Source: Octopus sinensis (Eukaryota). Taken from it: DNA of 64,000 nucleotides. The number at the start of each line of letters is the position of its first letter. Positions within the stretch are counted from its first letter, which is position 1. Below, piece by piece: positions 26,439-40,147 of the stretch. The notes under the pieces were generated by a model. It saw nothing but the letters and a program-made list of their open reading frames with translations. It ran no database searches and was not told the DNA's origin. The stretch lies in assembly GCF_006345805.1 (NCBI RefSeq), contig NC_043006.1, positions 50,840,001-50,904,000 on the forward strand, written 5' to 3'. Position numbers and translations under genes: made by a program.

Positions 26439-26658
26439 GTATATATATGTATATATATATATGTATATATATGTATGCATATATATGTATATATCTATAC
26501 ATGTATCTATGGATATATATATGTATATGTATGTATCTGTGTATATGTATATATATATATATATGCATGTATATGTATATATGTATTATATATACATATA
26601 TATATACGTATGCATATATATGTGTGTATATATCTAAAAATATATATATACATATGCG

Positions 26659-26721
<63 letters not shown>

Positions 26722-27264
26722 CGTTTATTATAAGATATGTATATATACATATGTAGGTATATATATATATATATATACCCACACACAAACAGGAAGTAAA
26801 AATACTCAATAAAGAAGGTTATATAGGTTGTGTGTGTGTGTAAACTGAGTTAATTTATTGTAATTAATAGCTTAATGATTAGGATGGGCGCATTATGAGG
26901 AAAATTTACTACGAGCTGTCATGATATTTTTCGATTTATATATTCAAAGTCTGCTGAGGGAATAGGACATTTAAAATGAATGTGAGACATTGTGACAGGC
27001 AGGAATCGTGTGAGCTCACCAAAATAAACAAAGCGTTACAAAAGAAATAACTGATGCGAGGCTAAATTCATTGAATCACTTGTTTGTAAAGAAATAAATA
27101 TATACGAATATGTTTTTTTTTTTATGAAAACATTTATGTAAATATGATGGAAATGTAGAAATAGTGAAGAATGCGAATATAATCAACAAAAAAAGGATTC
27201 TAAAAACACAACAGAATGGTAACAACAACAGCAAAAATAAGGAAAATTATTTCTTTTATATGTA

Positions 27265-27339
<75 letters not shown>

Positions 27340-27349
27340 TAATAATGAT

Positions 27350-27830
27350 AATAAAAAACATGCCTCCTCATTGATATGACTGTCCCAATCGATATAAACG
27401 TATCTGTCAAGACCTACCAGAAACTGAGCAAATATAAAGATCTGGAAATAGAAATCAGTAAAATGTGGAACCTGAAGACTAAATAATACCTGTTGTCATA
27501 GGTGCCCTGGGAATGATAGCAAAAGTGGCTGATTACTACATAACTCAGATACTAGGAAACCCAAAAGTGGCAGAAATTCAAAAGATAGTACTCATGGGAA
27601 CTGCTCATATCCTACGTAAAATACTTTCTATGTAATCTCAAGTTTTAAAACAAACATAATTTTCGTATGGTTTTTTAGACATTCACTGATACAACACTAA
27701 GTACAAAGCCAAATATATGGCACCCTAGGCATAACAACAACATGAACTTCCAACTTGTTGTCTCTTGAGGTCTCTGGGTGAGACTTGGAGCCAGCATGTG
27801 CAAATGTAAAGCAAAAGTCAAACATAAAAT
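27350..27830 (+). mobile_element. R4/Dong-like LINE 3' fragment (RLE endonuclease C-terminus and 3' UTR) between two (AAT)n tracts
   Basis: CLLIDMTVPIDINVSVKTYQKLSKYKDLEIEISKMWNLKT / IIPVVIGALGMI...IQKIVLMGTAHILRKILSM* (one frameshift, stop ~27633); (AAT)n at ~27265-27345 and ~27827-27907. Confidence 0.85.
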
Positions 27831-27842
27831 AATAATAATAAC

Positions 27843-27908
<66 letters not shown>

Positions 27909-27909
27909 T

Positions 27910-30900
27910 AATTCTTTTTATTGGCCACAAGGGCTGACACACATGATTAGAAAACATAAAGGGACAAACAAGACGAAAGGTTACAAAGGGTTTTGTCCGT
28001 TTGTGAAAAAATCGTGTAAAAACAGTGTTACAATCAAATAATATAACAACGAAAAATTCCCAATAGGGGGAGGCGCTTCGAAAGGTTCCTGGTGGAAAAA
28101 ACCCCATAAAAGCAAACGGGAGCCTGGTCAAAAGTGGGGGTAGAGAGTCCCTTTTCTCCTTTTATAGTACCTTTTTGAATCACAGGCGAAACCTGAGAAC
28201 TGGTCCATTTATACTGGCCATTCTCGCACAATTCACCCACCTTTCAGAAAACTTGCTATCGGACAGCACTCTCCTCTCTAACCTCATCTTCCTTTTCAAG
28301 TGAAACTTGAAAAAGTTGATGAGGCCTTGACCAAAGGGGAAAGTGTCTGACTTTAGCCCTTTCAAACGGGTCCACCATACAACCTCTTTCGCCACAGCCA
28401 CTAGGCACAAGAAAACGGCCTCGCCCTCCTTGTTAAAGGAGGTCGGCGGGGCAATCTTCACTATGGATTCGGCTGATAGCCGGATCCGTCCTACACGTGA
28501 CAGTAGCTGTTCGACATAAACCCATAGTTCAGCAATACTCGGGCACTGGACGAGTGCGTGCAGAATGGTTTCGTCCTGGCAACACCTCGAGCAGGCCCGG
28601 CTGACGGCACTTCCGTGCCGGTAGAGTTTATCCCGAACAGGCAGAGCCCCTCGGTAGCACTGCCAGGCGAGCGACCTCTGGAAATTATCCATTGGCCCCG
28701 GCCCGAAAATCCTTCCGAACAGACCGCTCAGTTCATTATCGTCAACGCCTAGAGTTTCTCCGAGAACGTCGTCGCATTTTTCCTCCACTAACCCTCTATA
28801 GAACGCTAGAGTGGAGCTGAAACCGATCGCATTGCCCGCCTGGCGGAGGGCGGAGAGAGCTTGACGGCACTCGAGCTGCCAAGCGCCCTTTCTCGGTCTA
28901 CGTTTGATCCAGGTCTGCAGCTCTGTCAAAGAGACGAGCTGCGGAAAGTCTCGTCTGACAAAAGACGACCACACCTGTTCACCGTCTAGGAAACGCTTGA
29001 GATGTCGCAGCCTGAGCGCATGTCTGCGCATCAGTAACCACGGCATTCCAAGGCCTCCGTTCAGCGGTCGTTGACAGCAGATGGATCGCCTGACCAGTGG
29101 CACCTGACCCTTCCACAAAAAGTCGAAGAGCAGGCGTACCAGCGTGGCCAACCAGCGGTTGGGACAAGGGACGACGGTCAAGCGGTAATAGATGACGGAT
29201 GCGATGTACGCATTCGCCACCTCCGCTCGACCTTTCAGGGTCAGCTTCCTCTCGGCCCATTTCTGGGTGAGACGTGCCACCCTGCTCGTCACCTCTTCCC
29301 AGTTTTTATCCATCTGGAGGTCCGGACCGAACCAGACCCCGAGCAGTTTAGCGAGTCCGTCTGTTCAGCGCCCTACGACGCTGTTGGACGGCATGGGCTT
29401 GCCTCTCCAGGTGCCCAGTTGCAAGCCCACAGACTTTTCCGCGTTAATCTTTGCCCCTGTCACCGCTTCGTACTCGTTTAGTGTCTCGCCAATCAGGCCA
29501 ATGAGCCTGTGGCTCGACACCACCACGGTGACGTCGTCGGCATAGGCAGACACGCTGTTTTCGCCTCCTAGATCGCGCGGGATACCCCTCAAAGCCTCCA
29601 ACTTGCGCAGTAATGGCCCGAGAGTCAATATATACAAGAGGGAGGAGAGAGGGCATCCTTGACGGACCGAACGCGAGATGTTGAACGGTTCCGAAAGGTG
29701 ACCGTTCACCCGTATCACCGAGCAGATGTTGCTGTATAAAGCAGCGATCCACCCGCGGAAGACTGGACCGAAGCCGGCTGCCTTGAGAACAGCTGCCAGG
29801 TACCGATGGTCGACCCTATCGAAGGCTTTAATCTGATCTAAGTTGATCAAAGCCCCACCCGCGCCAGCGTCGTTACCCACCCTCTCTATGATGTAGCGCA
29901 TGAGATGGAGGTTGTCGTGTATCGACCTGGTCGGCACGGTGCATGTCTGCGTCTTGCCGACCAGCTTGTTCGCCGAAAAGGGCTGCGAGTTCCTGCGGGT
30001 CGGAGAGCCTGGTTTTACTGATGGCTGCTACATCCACATCATGAAACCTCAGGTCGTTTAACAGGTGACCCTGTTTCCAAGGTGACCCGAGGCCTCTCAC
30101 ATTCAAGCAACCGATTCTAAGTTTTGCCATGTTTCAAAGGTGGAAAGAAAAAAAAATAAAAGGAGAAAAAAGGTTCTACTTACTGTTGTTGGTGGTGGGG
30201 GTGGCTCCCTTGTGCTTTTGCACGGGTGCTTCCACAATATTTTTATATAGTTTCTTTGAGAAACTTTTCCCTAGCGATTCCACATCGTTAGGGAATATTT
30301 GTTTTATGTCACTGTATGTTGTTGCGTTGATTTTTATTGTGAGAATATGTGCTGGTGGTGTGTTGTGTGTTGGTATAACGAAATCTGTTATGTTTGTACT
30401 TGTTTTGTCTTTTAGGTATGCAACTAGTTTTTCATTCTTTGTGTTTATTGATGTAATTGTGTCTGTTGGTGTTGGTGTGTGTGGCAGTGGCAGTAGTGGT
30501 GTCAAAAGTGTTGTTTTTGTTTGTTGTTGTGAGTATGTGTTGTTGTTGTTGATGTTGGGAAGCACTATCTGTTCGTGCTTCCCCTGTGTGTTCTTTTGTT
30601 TTTTCCTCCTTTTCTTTTTTGGAGGCACTGTGTGCCATTCCCCTTTCTCAGCATCAGTGCTCGCACAATCCGAGCTGTCTTGATCCGGAAAGGGGATGGC
30701 TATCGGATCCGCTTCAGCAGCAGGGCGAAAAATTTTTGGTTCTGCTGGTAGCGGTGGTGTTGCTGTATCTGTTGGTGATGGTGACGGTGTCGGTGAGTTT
30801 TCCTCTTCCTTTTGTTTTGTTGTTGATTTTCTAGGTGCTGGGGTTGGTGTTGGTTTGGTCGTTGTTGTTGGAGGTGGTGTCATTCGTCGTGGTGGTGGTG
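27910..30900 (-). mobile_element. L1/Tx1-clade LINE with ORF1 3' part, ORF2 start, large internal deletion and near-intact RT/C-terminus
   Basis: ORF1-like 30176-30883 (PPKKKRRKK); ORF2 start MAKLRIGCLNVRGL at 30130 (APE N-terminal motif) joined near ~29975 to KLVGKTQTCTVPTRSIHDNL; 29937-28180 is one frame with a single TGA at 29365-29367; CCHC knuckle; 3' AATAAA then (TTA)n. Confidence 0.92.
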
Positions 30901-30914
30901 ATGGTGTTGGTCAT

Positions 30915-33250
30915 GTGTCCAATGTCAGAAAATAAATTAATGAACCAAGTGAGAGTGAATAGGAGGAAGGGTTACTTAACTGGAGTAGAAATATCTCGGA
31001 TTAGTGAGTCTGAGAAACCCGGCGGATGGGCTACAAAGATTGGTCGGAGTTGAAAACAGAAAGATAGGAATTGAAAGAAGAGAGAAGAATAGACAGGGGG
31101 AACAGGGAAATAATGATGGGGCTGTTAAGGATGAGGAGCAGGAACTTTATACAGTGAACTCTGATACTGTAGTGGGTGGACATGCAGGGGAAATGAACTA
31201 ACTATATAATGAATTCCTTGAAATTCAAAGATAACTCACCGACTTGATGAATGCTCCAGAAGAAAAAAGTTCCCATGGATATGAGAAGGGTAGATAGGAG
31301 TATGTTAAACAAAGTAACGCAAAAGATAAATACTGTCATACCATATATCCAGACGGAGGACATTACACAAACAAGGAATCTTCTCCGAACTATTACGCTA
31401 CTTGTTGAGGAGAAATTACAACTTAAGAGAACAAAAAAATGGTGGAGCATTAAAAGGGACATAATGCGGGCAAGTTAAGGTCTAGGAAAAATTGAACGCT
31501 GGTTAAGAGGAAACTGGAAAAATGGGAAAAAGACCGACCGAAAAAAAATAGGGAAAAATATAAAATACAGAAGAACAGGTTTGATGCAGTAATAGAGCAG
31601 TTAAAACAGAAGATCATGGCAAAAAGCCAGATCTTCCAAGGTGACTCATTTTTTCCGTTACTATTTGTTATTGCACCAATAACCATAACAATGGCACTTG
31701 GGAAAGTTAAGATGTGTTACCGATGTGGGAAGAAAATCCCATCATTGAACCATCTGCTGTTTATGGATGACCTGAAATTGTTTGGGAAATTTGAAAAACC
31801 AAAACATACCAGAAGTATAGTAGGGACATTGGTATGGAATTTGAGATTACCATATGCTCAGTACTAATTATGAAAAGAGGGAAGAAAGTATCCTGCATAG
31901 GATTGCGTAGAGACTATGGGTGAACCTGACAGTAGTGGATATAGATATTTAGAGATTTTGAAGCTAGATGTCATCCTATACAGAGAAAGGCAAGTCAAGG
32001 TCAGCGAGTCTATCGAAAAAGGGTGAAGATGGTGTTGAAATCCAACCTGAATGTCAAAACTTTGATTACCGCAATGAATATCTGGGCTGTTGCGGTGGTC
32101 AGATATAGTGCGTCCATCCTTAAATGGACTAAGGAAGAAATATCAATACTGGATAGAAGGACGAGAACGTTGATGAAGCTTCATGGGGCGCTACATGGGG
32201 CGCAAACGTAAACAGATTGCATATGAAAAGAAAAAATGGTGGCAGAGGTCTAATTAGTATAGACCATTGTATAAGAAGTGAAATGAGAACGCTTGCCGAG
32301 TATTTGATAAATAGTGATGAAGACCAGCTGCAATATACCGCGAAAGATAAGAGTGTAAATGCAGATGAAATGATGGGCAAGGAAGAGTTTAACCAAAGAG
32401 CTGAGGAGAATAGAGAAGAAGACCTTGAAATGAGAATGCATGGACAGTTTGAAAGGAATACACGGGACGTTAATGATAATACAGCATCGTGGTCATGGCT
32501 TGAGCGAGGTGGTTTGAAGCGTACCACCGAAATCCTGATCATTGCTGCACAAGACCAGACTCTCGCTACCAATTCAGGGAAGTATAACATCTATAAAACT
32601 TCTGACACTCAGAAATGCAGACTGTGGAAAGAGTGTGGAAAATGTGACCCACTTGGTAAGTGGATGTGAGAGCCTTGCACAAAAAGAATACAAGCGCCAT
32701 GCCACGATAAAGTGTGTGTGTAACTTCATTGGTTTTTATGCCGTAAATACCAATATGAAGTAAGAGAGAACTGGTATGCGCATGTACCAAGTAAAGTTAT
32801 GCAGGAGGATGGAAAAGTAGCGATACTCTGGGACTATCATTTTCAGACGGATCGCGTAATTGAACTCCGTCGACCGGGTATTGTCGTATTGAATAAGAGA
32901 GACAAATACTGTCAGATCATTTATGTAGCCATACTAAATGATATGAATGTTGAGTGCAAAGAGGTTGAAAAAATCACCAAGCTTGAAAGTTGAAATTGGA
33001 ATTGAAAGTTGAAATGGGAAGACTGTATGGAATGTGAGAAGGTAATGCTCTTCTGCTCTATGGCTCTCTCTCTTTTATCTTTTCCTTTCCCCTCCTCTTC
33101 TGGGAAAAAGAACCTCAAGTGGCCTGAAACATAAAACGTGTGACAATTGGATCGTCTACCCTGTACTACCAGCCTAAGTGACCTCTTCTGCATTCCTGAA
33201 ATAGCGTACATTTCAAAGATAACCTTGAGAAAATTGGAGTCATTACAACT
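30915..33250 (+). mobile_element. Degenerate R4/Dong-like LINE (N-terminal region, RT, CCHC, RLE), internally deleted
   Basis: SENKLMNQVRVNRRKGYL; FQGDSFFPLLF; NHLLFMDDLKLF; WAVAVVRYS; RKNGGRGL; IIAAQDQ; ENVTHLVSGCESLAQKEY; ILWDYHFQTDRVIELRRPGIVV, in several frames. Confidence 0.85.
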
Positions 33251-35139
33251 CAGACGTTCTTCTAGATATCACCCGAGCGCACGTTGCTGCACGTTACCTC
33301 TGCACTAATTGCTAGTCTATACCTCACCCCTCTCTACCCAGATGTGAGGACAATCCAAAGTTCTACGTATGTGCAAATAGCCCTGGTGATAATTATAGTA
33401 TTCCCGAGACCTATGTACTCAAAAATTAGATTAGTGGCAGATATATGATTCACTAGCTCTATTTCTTATCATGCCTTGTGCGCCGTCTTAAATGCAAGCA
33501 TTATGCTCGTTTTTATATACCTTTCCAAACATCTTTCCACACATCAGCCAAGGCTTCTTGCAACTTTTCTTTGGGGGGCATTAGAGAAAAAATGATATAT
33601 TCATGGGGTAAATCCGTAGTGTCTTATATGAAATACACCGCAGTTTCGCCGATGCAAATATCGTGGTTGAATATACCACTCGTCCACTGCTTCTCCATTT
33701 GAGGTAACTCGAATCCAGATAATCTTTCTGAAGCACAATGTGCGTGCGTGTTTGTAACCAAAATCCTTAAACCATAATCGTCAGCACATTCTCTCGCCCA
33801 TATCATCAATCACTCCAATGTAACACCGACCAATTTTCTAGCGGCCTTCTCTCTCATAACCCTCATCGCATTCTCTATTTCCTCATTTACTGCAGTCATC
33901 TCCTCATATACTCACTGTGTCCATCTTTTAACCTGTTCAGTTCTTTCATTATTCTCTAGCCTGTTTTAATTCACTAAAGTTTTTATATTCATTAAGTACC
34001 TTTGTCCCAAATTTTAGAGGTTTTTTCCACTTCACACAGCAATCAAACTTACAAATTACTGTGCTTTACTGGTTCTCTTTACTTCATGTATTTCTCTAAT
34101 GCGAAGGATGATTTTCATCCCCATACTTATAAAATTAAATAAATATAAAAGTGAACTGCAAATAAAACAAAAGGGCATGATCGTTTCGATCATGCATATA
34201 TCAAAATGGTATCTGCAACAATCCCCATGCGTGAAGAAAACGGTACACATATAATTACATTCTTCTTCGGATTTGGCACAACGGTGACAATAATTTGATT
34301 TAAAAACATCTCTGTATTATTGAAACACGAAGAGCAACGAGATCAATATAGCAAATGTTTAGCTGACACGCAACGATAAATGTGATAACGTATTAACCCT
34401 CATGAACCCGTCTAACATTTAATATCTAACCAAATGAGAGTCGTTTTGCAGGTTATTAAATATCAACCTCATTCTTCAAAATATCAAACCTTATATTCTG
34501 ATTTTTGTCATTCATATTCATTGGCGTCAGAATTTTGTCACTTTCTCCATCATTTCCAAACGAGCCAAAAACTCAAGATTTCATAACGTTAATATCAATG
34601 TATTTAAATGGTGATGTGCACAACATTTTAAGAAATGGTACTTTGAATGCTCACTCTTAGCATTCAAAGTCATTCAATATACACCTACGAATGTTTTTCT
34701 TTGTTTTGGTCGTTCAAGTTCACTCATTTTTACCAACTGCAGTTTTTGTGGCTGACACTGCCAGATTGCAGGAGATTATCATAGGTATCGAAATTTTGAT
34801 GGTATTTTGTTGGTTACGATGGACAATTGGACTTCTCCATCTCTATAATGTGTATATCTTTTCCTGTTATTTCGTATGTTCCTTTGTCGACCCTCTACGT
34901 CAGATTTATATATATATATATATATATGTCATAAAAATCTGACATATATATATAGAGAGATAGATAGATACATACATACATACTACATACATACATACGT
35001 GCATACATACGTACATACATACATGCATACATACGTGCATACATACATACATACATACATACATACATACATACATACATACATACATACATACATACAT
35101 ACATACATACATACATACATACAGAGCAAGTAGTTAGCA

Positions 35140-36170
35140 ATTTTGTCTTTGATTGGGCAGCTGGGCAAAGTACATATAGCTTTGTTTTGTCTTGGCCCGT
35201 TTAGTTACGAGTTTCCTCGGGGAGAATGTGGAGTAGTCCGGAGAGTGTATTCAATTCCTCCCTACAAATCACGTGGAGGATTGCAGTAGCTGTTTATCTG
35301 TTAAAATGTGAGTTTTGTTAAATGTGAGTTTTATTAAGTAATCTGGTGATGCCCTGGCATTTAGTGAAAGAGTATGGTTACCCCTCCATTAGGGACTTTC
35401 CGGAATTGTATGGAGTTTGAGTTTTTTTTTTATCCTGCCTCACTGCATTAACTGAATATTCTGGTAAATCTCATTTCTAATGTAGGCTACTTTAGCTCTG
35501 ATGGACTGCAACAAATAGGGTCCTGCAGGCCGCTTTTCTTTAAAAGATGATGGAGATTGTTTTGTGATTTTGAGTCCAAAATCAAGCAGAGATAAGGAAG
35601 CGGACTTATCGAAGTGCTCCACTTCCAATTTTATATATTCATCGATATTGTTGAACATACTGTATTATTTTACCAGCCTCCTCTCGATATGATACTATTA
35701 CGGGGATGTCATCCACATACCTGGCGAAAATGCAGGAATGACGTGTGAAGATTTCCCTGCGTTCCAACTGGTTCATGGATATATTGACCAGTAGGCCTGA
35801 CAAAGTTGACCCCATCGGCAGTTCAGAGATCTGATTGTAAATGGACCCTTCGAAGGTGTCGTCTGTTATAGTTGTTAAGAGTTCATAGATATCTGGAGTA
35901 GTCAGCCCAAAGCGGTTAAATTGTGAGAATAGGCAACGTGTTAATTTAGTAAGTTGATAGCTGGAGTTGCAGAGACAGAACTGTATAGCGAAACAACGTC
36001 TAAGCTAAAAGGGTTATTATTCTTTCTATCTAAATATGGATGGGTTGAGATCTTTCGATTTGTAGACGACCTCTGTGGAGTTTTCAACATGTTTCATCTG
36101 ATAAAGATATCGATATCTTCATCTGATGATATGGTTTGCTTTATAAAAAGACCATTGAAATATTTGTAAT
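35140..36170 (-). mobile_element. Penelope-like reverse transcriptase relic
   Basis: Minus strand SLDVVSLYSSV, LPMGSTLSGLLVNISM, FARYVDDI, FNNIDEYIKLEVEHFDKSASLSLLDF, and the linker CTLPSCPIKD before (TACA)n. Confidence 0.85.
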
Positions 36171-37510
36171 GAAGAACTCAGAATATGAGTAACTTACATT
36201 TGGAGCTCTTCTTACAACATTATAGCCTGAATCCAAATTTATGCAATCTTATACAATGCATTATAGGAGTTTGGGAGTAAAATGTGGGTCGAATATTGAG
36301 CCCTAATTCAGTAACATGTGCATTTTAGCACAACACTAAGTAAATTTTCATACATTCACGCACACACACACATTCATATATATATATATATATATATATA
36401 CATGCATGTATGCATGTACATATGTCTTTGTTATCTGTATGTATTTATATGTATATGTCTATCGTAAGAATTTAGAAACTTCGCGAGAACGTAAAGTAAT
36501 TCGTCTTTTAACTACTGAACTTGAGATAGATAAAGCAATAAATATTATTTTTGATCCAATATTCACATGCTAATATCTATACTTTTATCTACTTCGAGTT
36601 CCACAGTTAGAAAGAAATTATATATACCAGCAAACGTACCTGTCCTTTAGACGGTTTAAGTTGCTTTGATAGTATTTTTTTTTCACCAAATAATTGAACG
36701 ACCTAAAGGTTTATGAGTAGATCGGCAACCTATATTTCTTCCAATTAACCTAGAAAGGCAAATGAAGTTGAAAGCTGGTTATTGTGGAGGTCGTTGCACT
36801 TTAATGATCATAGACCATATAAGTTTGCAAGCGATGCAAATTAGAGCTACTAAATTGTTTTGGGAGTAGATTATGGATAATGACTACATGAAAGTGAAAT
36901 TTCTTCTCAGAAACAGCTACATAAATAAATGGTGTAATGAAATTGAAGGAAGACTTTGAAACTTCCCCTCTGCGAGTTTATTTTTTTCAACAGAAAAGGG
37001 AGCTATTTTTTCGGAAAGATAAGCTAACAAAAGCCACTTAATTCTGTCTTCCCACATAACCTGCGCGTAAACTAACAGCGAATGCGGCATAAAGTTAAAT
37101 TGGCATGGAGCTTTCTGAAAAATGCGTAAAGCTTTTGCTAGTGAAAGCAAAGCTCTTATTTAAAGGTTGATTGTTTGGGACGAATCATATGTGATAGTTT
37201 AAAAAGGGCTAGAACGACGATGCTAAAACATATTTGAAACAATGGACACCAGTCAACATATCATAATGGATGGGTAAATAAGCATACTTACAGTAAAACA
37301 ACGGTATCAAAGGTAAATAACGGTATCAAAGGCAAACAAGGGTATCAACAAATATAAGAGAGGGAAGGGAGCATCACTTTTCAAGTAACTCAGAATAGGT
37401 AAAAGTAAGCTTGCAAAAATTTAATGCAGTTTAAAGATGTAGATTAAGATAGTTTGGTATTGGATATTCATTGTATACAGTGTTTCTAATCAACTGAATC
37501 TCGGTCGTAA

Positions 37511-38003
37511 GTGGACAGTGGAAGTAAATAGACAAAATCCTTTCACTTTTATAAAAAAAAAAGGTTAAAAAAGTATGGAAGACCCTTCATGCAAAAAAGC
37601 TATGTCCACTTACGTCCAGTTACGCGGGATCTCTGGGCAAAATATTATAGTTCATGACCATCGTTGGAACATAAGTGATGTGTGTGTAAAGTATGTTGAA
37701 AATCGGTTGGGAATTGTAGAAATGTAAGCATTAGTCATTATACACAAAAATACCGTGATTTATATAGGTGGACAGTGGAAATAAAAGGATAAAATCCTTT
37801 CATTTTCATAAAAGATAAATAAAAGTATGGAAAACCATACGTGCAAAAAACTATGAATATTTACGACTGTTTTCGCGGGAGCAGTGGGCAGAACGTTATA
37901 GGGCATGACCATCCTTGGGACATATTTAATGTATGCAACGGTTTGGTGAAAATCGGTTGAGAAATGTGGAAAGTATGCGTTAGTCATGATACACACAGAG
38001 ACA
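37511..38003 (+). repeat. Two diverged tandem copies of a ~257-bp unit
   Basis: gtggacagtggaa...aaaatcctttca...aaaagtatggaa...catgaccatc...gaaaatcggttg...ttagtcat repeats at 37511 and 37768. Confidence 0.8.
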
Positions 38004-38661
38004 GCTACCGAAATGTCTTCTAATCGAAATAAGCGAAACGGAGGTTAAAAAATGAGGTACCTTTTGACAAGTCACCTGACCAGACACATCTGCACCAATG
38101 ATACACCACAACTATTTGTACAGCATCTCGTCCGCGAGGAACCGATGGACGATGGGTCGAAGCAATCGTAGTGATGAATAAAGAATCTAGTGAATTCCAT
38201 TTTCTTTCTCTTTCTCTCATATTTATAAACTCTACAGACACTAAAGAATTCTTGAAAGAAATCCAATGCCATTTAAAGCCATACTGTTGATGATATCAGG
38301 TTTCCGAATACAGCGAACGGGCTTTAAATGGCATACAACAAGGTATATACCCAAATTAAAAAGTTATGTGTGTGTGTGTACGTATGCATGCATGTATGTA
38401 TGTGTGTATGTGTGTTTGTATGTATGTATATCAAGATTGCATTAGTTTAATTATTTGGTCGCTAGTTATAAATGTTCCAAATGCTATATTATAGACTGGA
38501 GAGGAAAATATGGCTCGATTGTGGCCTTAAGATAGCTTTAAACAGTAATCAAAACTAAGTTACGTAACATTTTCTCGTTAAAAGAAACGTGTTTATAGAT
38601 AGATAGATATATATGACTAAAGATGAATCCCACGACATCCATATATATATATATATATATA

Positions 38662-38876
38662 TAAGTAATACTAAGCAATAAGGGTTTAGCAACGAGTTGC
38701 CTTACCACACACCGAATTTAGAAATAGCAGTCAAAGGGTTATAGCTATTTCTTCTACTAAAAAGGGAGATCTCCCTTTTTAGTAGAAGAAATAGCTATAA
38801 CCCTTTGACTGCTATTTCTAAATTCGGTGTGTGGTAAGGCAACTCGTTGCTAAACCCTTATGCTTAGTATTACTTA
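38662..38876. repeat. 215-bp spacer-less palindrome
   Basis: Arms 38662-38769 and 38770-38876 are reverse complements around GGGAGA|TCTCCC with a single 1-nt indel. Confidence 0.95.
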
Positions 38877-38980
38877 ATTTTCCTCGAATGAGGCTTTTAC
38901 ATGCCGAAGACTACTTGGTGTAATTGATAATTTTTCCAAATTAATTAATTTCACCCTTCATTATTATATATATATATATA

Positions 38981-39362
38981 TAGGCGCAGAAGTGGCTGTG
39001 TGGTAAGTAGCTTGTTTACCAACCACATGGTTCCGGGTTCAGTCCCACTGCGTGGCACCTTGGGCAAGTGTCTTCTACTATAGCCTAGGGCCGACCAAAG
39101 CCTTGTGAGTTCATTTGGTAGACGGAAACTGAAAGAAGCCCGTCGTATATATGTATATTTGCGTTTGTGAGTCTGTTTTTGTCCCCCTAGCATTGCTTGA
39201 CAACCGATGCTGGTGTGTTTATGTCTCCGTTACTTAGCGGTTTGGCAAAAGAGACTGGGCTTACAAAAGAATAAGTCCCGGGGTCGAGTTGCTCGATTAA
39301 AGGTGGTGCTCCAGCATGGCCGCAGTCAAATGACTGAAACAAGTAAAAGAGTAAAAAGAGAG
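38981..39362 (+). mobile_element. SINE family A, full length
   Basis: taggcgcagaagtggctgtgtggtaag head to gactgaaacaagtaaaagagta tail. Confidence 0.9.
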
Positions 39363-40075
39363 TATATAGATATAGATATATGGGTCTTTACATGTAATAT
39401 ATATTTTTATGTAGATTGTTAAACTAAGATAAGTGATACAAATTATAGTAACTTGATGCGGAAATAGTCTAGCAAATACATTCGTTTTAAATGGTTCTTG
39501 TTACTAGATAGTGTATCTTTGAAGAGAGAAAAAAATAGTGAATTGCCGGCTGGGGTCGGTGGAGAGCTCACCGACTAAGCAGAAGGTTAAGGATCAGTTG
39601 CTAAATTTTAATTAAATCTGAAAACTAATACTGACTAATGATGACGGTGGTGGTGGTGCTGCCATATATGGCGGCGGCAGACGCTGTCATCGTCGAAGTT
39701 GTCGTCGTTGTCGTGCAGATAGGGATAGAGTCGTCTGCCGTGGAGATTGAGTGGGTAATGGTGCGAACAGTGGATTTGAAGGAAATGGGTTAATTTGTCA
39801 TTAAATGTGCTATATATCTGTGTTCTTGTACAAAAAAATTTGAGATGCGCGATCCGGAACGTATCGCTATGTTTAAATATTGCTACACACACACACACAC
39901 ACACACATACATACACACGCACACGCACACAAACGCACGTACAGATACATGTACGCACGTTCACAGAGAGTCACACTCGCATCTTCACACACATACGCAC
40001 GCTCATCCACACACAACATTCACACACACCGGCACAGATATACACGCACCAACACATACACACACACCAATACTT

Positions 40076-40147
<72 letters not shown>

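Noticed and set aside
37298-37350. Short local tandem duplications (here ~19 bp x3; also 10140-10215, 14592-14635, 46557-46612, 51732-51785)
   Set aside because: Ordinary slippage products with no further structure
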